Assembly: GCF_001677475.2 (NCBI RefSeq)
Contig: NZ_CP015229.1
From: Escherichia coli
Lineage (GTDB): Bacteria > Pseudomonadota > Gammaproteobacteria > Enterobacterales > Enterobacteriaceae
Direction: 5' to 3' (one strand)
Length of the DNA stretch: 64,000 bases
The translations under genes and the position numbers were made by a program. The first letter of the stretch is position 1, and the number at the start of each line of letters is the position of its first letter. This document shows positions 60,515 through 64,000 of this stretch, one piece after another. The notes under the pieces were generated by a model, which ran no database searches, was not told the DNA's origin, and worked only from the letters and a program-made list of their open reading frames with translations.

Positions 60515-61414
60515 TTAAATTGCTGTAGTCGTAAATAATTCGTTGAGCATTCGTTTCACACCAACCTGCCACTCAGGCAAGACAAGCGCAAAGTTCTGCT
60601 GAAATTTTTCTGTATTAAGGCGAGAGTTATGTGGACGACGAGCTGGTGTAGGATAGGCTGTTGTTGGTACTGCGTTGAGCTTGTTGAGTGCAAGGGGAAT
60701 ACCTGCTTTGCGCGCCTCTTCAAAAACCAGCGCAGCATAATCGTGCCAGGTTGTGGTACCACTGGCTACCAGATGGTACAAACCTGCGACTTCCGGTTTA
60801 TTCAGTGCCACACGAATAACATGTGCCGTACAATCAGCCAGCAGCTCAGCACCTGTTGGCGCACCAAATTGATCATTTATCACAGCCAGTTCTTCGCGCT
60901 CTTTTGCCAGACGCAACATCGTTTTGGCGAAGTTATTTCCTTTACCTGCGTATACCCAGCTGGTACGGAAAATAAGATGCTTCGCGCAATGTTCCTGTAA
61001 CGCTTTTTCTCCGGCTAACTTGGTTTCACCGTAAACATTTAGCGGTGCGGTTGCATCCGTCTCCAGCCATGGCGTGTCGCCATTTCCAGGGAAGACGTAG
61101 TCAGTTGAGTAATGAATTACCCAAGCCCCAACTTCATTAGCCGCTTTTGCAATTGATTCAACGCTAGTCGCATTGAGTAATTGTGCAAATTCGGGTTCTG
61201 ACTCAGCCTTATCTACTGCGGTGTGAGCCGCAGCATTAACAATAACATCAGGTCGAATTCTTTTGACTGTTTCAGCTACACCTTCAGGATTACTAAAATC
61301 ACCACAATAATCAGTGGAGTGAACATCAAGAGCAATCAAATTACCCAAAGGTGCCAGAGCACGCTGTAGTTCCCAACCTACCTGCCCTGTTTTGCCGAAA
61401 AGGAGGATATTCAT
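60515..61414 (-). CDS. rmlD: dTDP-4-dehydrorhamnose reductase
   Basis: 299 aa [30 protein letters not shown]... Confidence 0.96.
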   Translation of the reverse strand: MNILLFGKTGQVGWELQRALAPLGNLIALDVHSTDYCGDFSNPEGVAETVKRIRPDVIVNAAAHTAVDKAESEPEFAQLLNATSVESIAKAANEVGAWVIHYSTDYVFPGNGDTPWLETDATAPLNVYGETKLAGEKALQEHCAKHLIFRTSWVYAGKGNNFAKTMLRLAKEREELAVINDQFGAPTGAELLADCTAHVIRVALNKPEVAGLYHLVASGTTTWHDYAALVFEEARKAGIPLALNKLNAVPTTAYPTPARRPHNSRLNTEKFQQNFALVLPEWQVGVKRMLNELFTTTAI

Positions 61415-62499
61415 TACTGGCGGCCCTCATAGTTCTGTGCAATCCACGATTGATAGGCACCACTTTTCACATTATCAACCCATTTTGTATTGGACAGGTA
61501 CCATTCCACTGTCTTCCGAATCCCGCTCTCAAACGTTTCCTGCGGTTTCCAGCCCAATTCGCGGCTAATCTTCTCAGCATCAATCGCATAACGGCGATCG
61601 TGTCCCGGGCGGTCGGCAACATAAGTAATTTGCTCACGATAAGATTTCTCTTTCGGTACAATCTCATCCAGCAAATCACAAATAGTAAGCACTACATCGA
61701 TGTTTTTCTTTTCGTTGTGTCCGCCAATATTATAGGTTTCGCCTGCTTTACCTTCAGTAACGACTGTATATAACGCTCGAGCATGATCCTCGACATACAA
61801 CCAATCGCGAATTTGATCCCCTTTACCATAAATAGGTAATGCTTTACCTTCCAGAGCATTCAGAATAACCAATGGAATCAATTTTTCCGGGAAATGATAA
61901 GGGCCATAATTGTTAGAGCAATTAGTCACAATGGTCGGTAAACCATAGGTACGTTTCCACGCGCGGACTAAATGATCGCTGGATGCTTTGGATGCGGAAT
62001 AAGGGCTGCTTGGTGCGTAAGCTGTTGTCTCAGTAAATAAGGGTAATTTTTCTTTATTATTTACTTCGTCAGGATGAGGCAAATCACCATAGACTTCGTC
62101 AGTAGAAATATGATGAAAACGGAAGCTATTTTTCTTGTCGCTATCAAGAGCAGACCAGTAATTGCGAGCGGCTTCCAAAAGGACATAAGTACCAACAATA
62201 TTGGTTTCAATAAATGCCGCAGGGCCTGTAATTGAACGATCCACATGGCTTTCAGCAGCCAGGTGCATCACTGCATCCGGCTGATGCAGAGCAAAAATCC
62301 GCGCCATTGCAGCAGCATCGCAAATATCCGCATGTTCAAAAACATAGCGTTCAGAATCAGAAACATCAGCAAGTGATTCCAGGTTTCCGGCGTACGTTAA
62401 TTTATCGACATTAACAACACTATCCTGCGTATTATTTATAATGTGACGAACTACAGCAGAACCAATAAATCCTGCGCCACCAGTAACAAGTATTTTCAC
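61414..62499 (-). CDS. rmlB: dTDP-glucose 4,6-dehydratase
   Basis: 361 aa [43 protein letters not shown]... Confidence 0.97.
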   Translation of the reverse strand: MKILVTGGAGFIGSAVVRHIINNTQDSVVNVDKLTYAGNLESLADVSDSERYVFEHADICDAAAMARIFALHQPDAVMHLAAESHVDRSITGPAAFIETNIVGTYVLLEAARNYWSALDSDKKNSFRFHHISTDEVYGDLPHPDEVNNKEKLPLFTETTAYAPSSPYSASKASSDHLVRAWKRTYGLPTIVTNCSNNYGPYHFPEKLIPLVILNALEGKALPIYGKGDQIRDWLYVEDHARALYTVVTEGKAGETYNIGGHNEKKNIDVVLTICDLLDEIVPKEKSYREQITYVADRPGHDRRYAIDAEKISRELGWKPQETFESGIRKTVEWYLSNTKWVDNVKSGAYQSWIAQNYEGRQ

Positions 62500-62573
62500 T
62501 TAATTATTCCATATTACTTCAGAGCATGCTGTGAAATAAGCGGCTCTTAGTTTGATTAATAGAGGTATTAATG

Positions 62574-62612
62574 CACGCTACCGCCCCTGGCTTTACAGCT
62601 ACCAGAGCACTG
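62574..62612 (-). promoter_or_regulatory. JUMPstart element with ops (RfaH-dependent antitermination site) in the O-antigen operon leader
   Basis: Minus strand reads CAGTGCTCTGGTAGCTGTAAAGCCAGGGGCGGTAGCGTG; ops core GGCGGTAGCGTG. Confidence 0.9.
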
Positions 62613-62870
62613 CATGCATGCCTACGATGTGACGAGCGTTACCCACTCGCGCTAAACCCGAAAAATTCAAACACTAATTGTCTTACCAATCCGCTCTGGA
62701 AACAAGGAAAATCCTGGAAAACTTTGACTAAAATCCTATTGCTAACTCGTTGTTATCCTGATTGTTTATATAAAACAACGGCAGGAATATTCGCAACAAA
62801 TTACTTTCGCCACGAATCTTCACTGCCGTTATAATTTTCTTATCAACCGTTACATTCGGTCAGATTTTCA

Positions 62871-63764
62871 TTATTCGCTTAACAGCTTCTCAATGCCTTT
62901 ACGGAACTTCGCCCCTTCTTTCAGGTTGCGTAGTCCATACTTCACGAACGCTTGCATATAACCCATTTTTTTACCGCAGTCGTAGCTGTCACCAGTCATC
63001 AGCATTGCATCAACAGACTGTTTTTTCGCCAGTTCGGCAATGGCATCTGTCAGTTGGATACGTCCCCATGCACCTGGCTGAGTGCGTTCAAGTTCCGGCC
63101 AAATATCGGCAGAAAGCACATAGCGACCAACGGCCATGATGTCTGAGTCCAGCGTCTGCGGCTGATCCGGTTTTTCGATGAATTCAACAATGCGGCTGAC
63201 TTTACCTTCGCGATCCAGTGGTTCTTTGGTCTGAATAACGGAGTATTCAGAGAGGTCACCCGGCATACGTTTTGCCAGCACCTGGCTGCGGCCCGTTTCG
63301 TTGAAGCGCGCAATCATGGCAGCAAGGTTGTAGCGCAGCGGGTCGGCGCTGGCGTCATCGATCACAACGTCTGGCAGCACCACGACAAATGGGTTGTCAC
63401 CAATGGCGGGTCGTGCACACAAAATGGAGTGGCCCAAACCTAAAGGTTCGCCCTGACGCACGTTCATAATGGTCACGCCCGGTGGACAGATGGACTGCAC
63501 TTCCGCAAGCAGTTGACGCTTCACGCGCTGCTCAAGGAGAGATTCTAATTCATAAGAGGTGTCGAAGTGGTTTTCGACCGCGTTCTTGGACGCGTGAGTT
63601 ACCAGGAGGATTTCTTTGATCCCTGCAGCAACAATCTCGTCAACAATGTACTGAATCATTGGCTTGTCGACGATCGGTAGCATCTCTTTGGGAATCGCCT
63701 TAGTGGCAGGCAACATATGCATCCCAAGACCCGCTACAGGAATAACTGCTTTTAAATTCGTCAT
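62871..63764 (-). CDS. galF: UTP--glucose-1-phosphate uridylyltransferase-like regulatory subunit GalF
   Basis: [48 protein letters not shown]...; start taken at MTNLK. Confidence 0.96.
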   Translation of the reverse strand: MTNLKAVIPVAGLGMHMLPATKAIPKEMLPIVDKPMIQYIVDEIVAAGIKEILLVTHASKNAVENHFDTSYELESLLEQRVKRQLLAEVQSICPPGVTIMNVRQGEPLGLGHSILCARPAIGDNPFVVVLPDVVIDDASADPLRYNLAAMIARFNETGRSQVLAKRMPGDLSEYSVIQTKEPLDREGKVSRIVEFIEKPDQPQTLDSDIMAVGRYVLSADIWPELERTQPGAWGRIQLTDAIAELAKKQSVDAMLMTGDSYDCGKKMGYMQAFVKYGLRNLKEGAKFRKGIEKLLSE

Positions 63765-64000
63765 TATTTCATCCACCTGTAAAATGGTTGCTGAATTATA
63801 GCTTGTTCGATTTTTTTCGCCAGCATCAATTACCCTGAATTGATTACTGAATTACTTTTGATGTTACGCCGCTTCGTTGTGGATTGCAGTAGCATTGTTC
63901 CTAAGTATGGCTCCATTTTTCCAGGAATGGTCGCAAATCTACTCCCTCCGTTCCGGCAATCTAAAGTTAATCTTTTCCACATTAACAATATGGTGATTTA

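Noticed and set aside
47788-62499. Frequent A/T homopolymer runs (6-9 nt) throughout the O-antigen genes considered as a set of phase-variation switches
   Set aside because: Such runs are expected by chance at roughly 30 percent GC; only the wzy T8 tract is listed, at low interest.

Overview
Enterobacterial (Escherichia coli-like) chromosomal segment in the cbl-nac-asnV / cob / his / O-antigen / galF neighbourhood; no convincingly undescribed system was found. Left to right: an IS21-family element (istA partial, istB) inserted into cbl; nac; tRNA-Asn; ldtA; cobT-cobS-cobU; an unassigned 145-aa ORF preceded by a cobalamin riboswitch with no cbi genes behind it; pocR-pduF and a complete 1,2-propanediol microcompartment operon pduABCDEGHJKLMNOPQSTUV, ending without pduW/pduX; conserved yeeX-yeeA-sbmC-dacD-sbcB-yeeD-yeeE-plaP-yeeY-yeeZ; the yefM-yoeB toxin-antitoxin pair; hisL-hisGDCBHAFI; wzzB-ugd-gnd; and an AT-rich O-antigen cluster (manB, 4 putative glycosyltransferases, manC-gmm-fcl-gmd, wzy, wzx, rmlCADB) with a JUMPstart/ops element, then galF. 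The most interesting items are the orphan B12 riboswitch with its unassigned ORF, the pdu island lacking cbi and pduWX, a (CTGG)7 tetranucleotide expansion inside hisC, and an unassignable O-antigen protein coupled to wzx. All calls rest on reading the supplied ORF translations and sequence motifs by eye; no database search was run.
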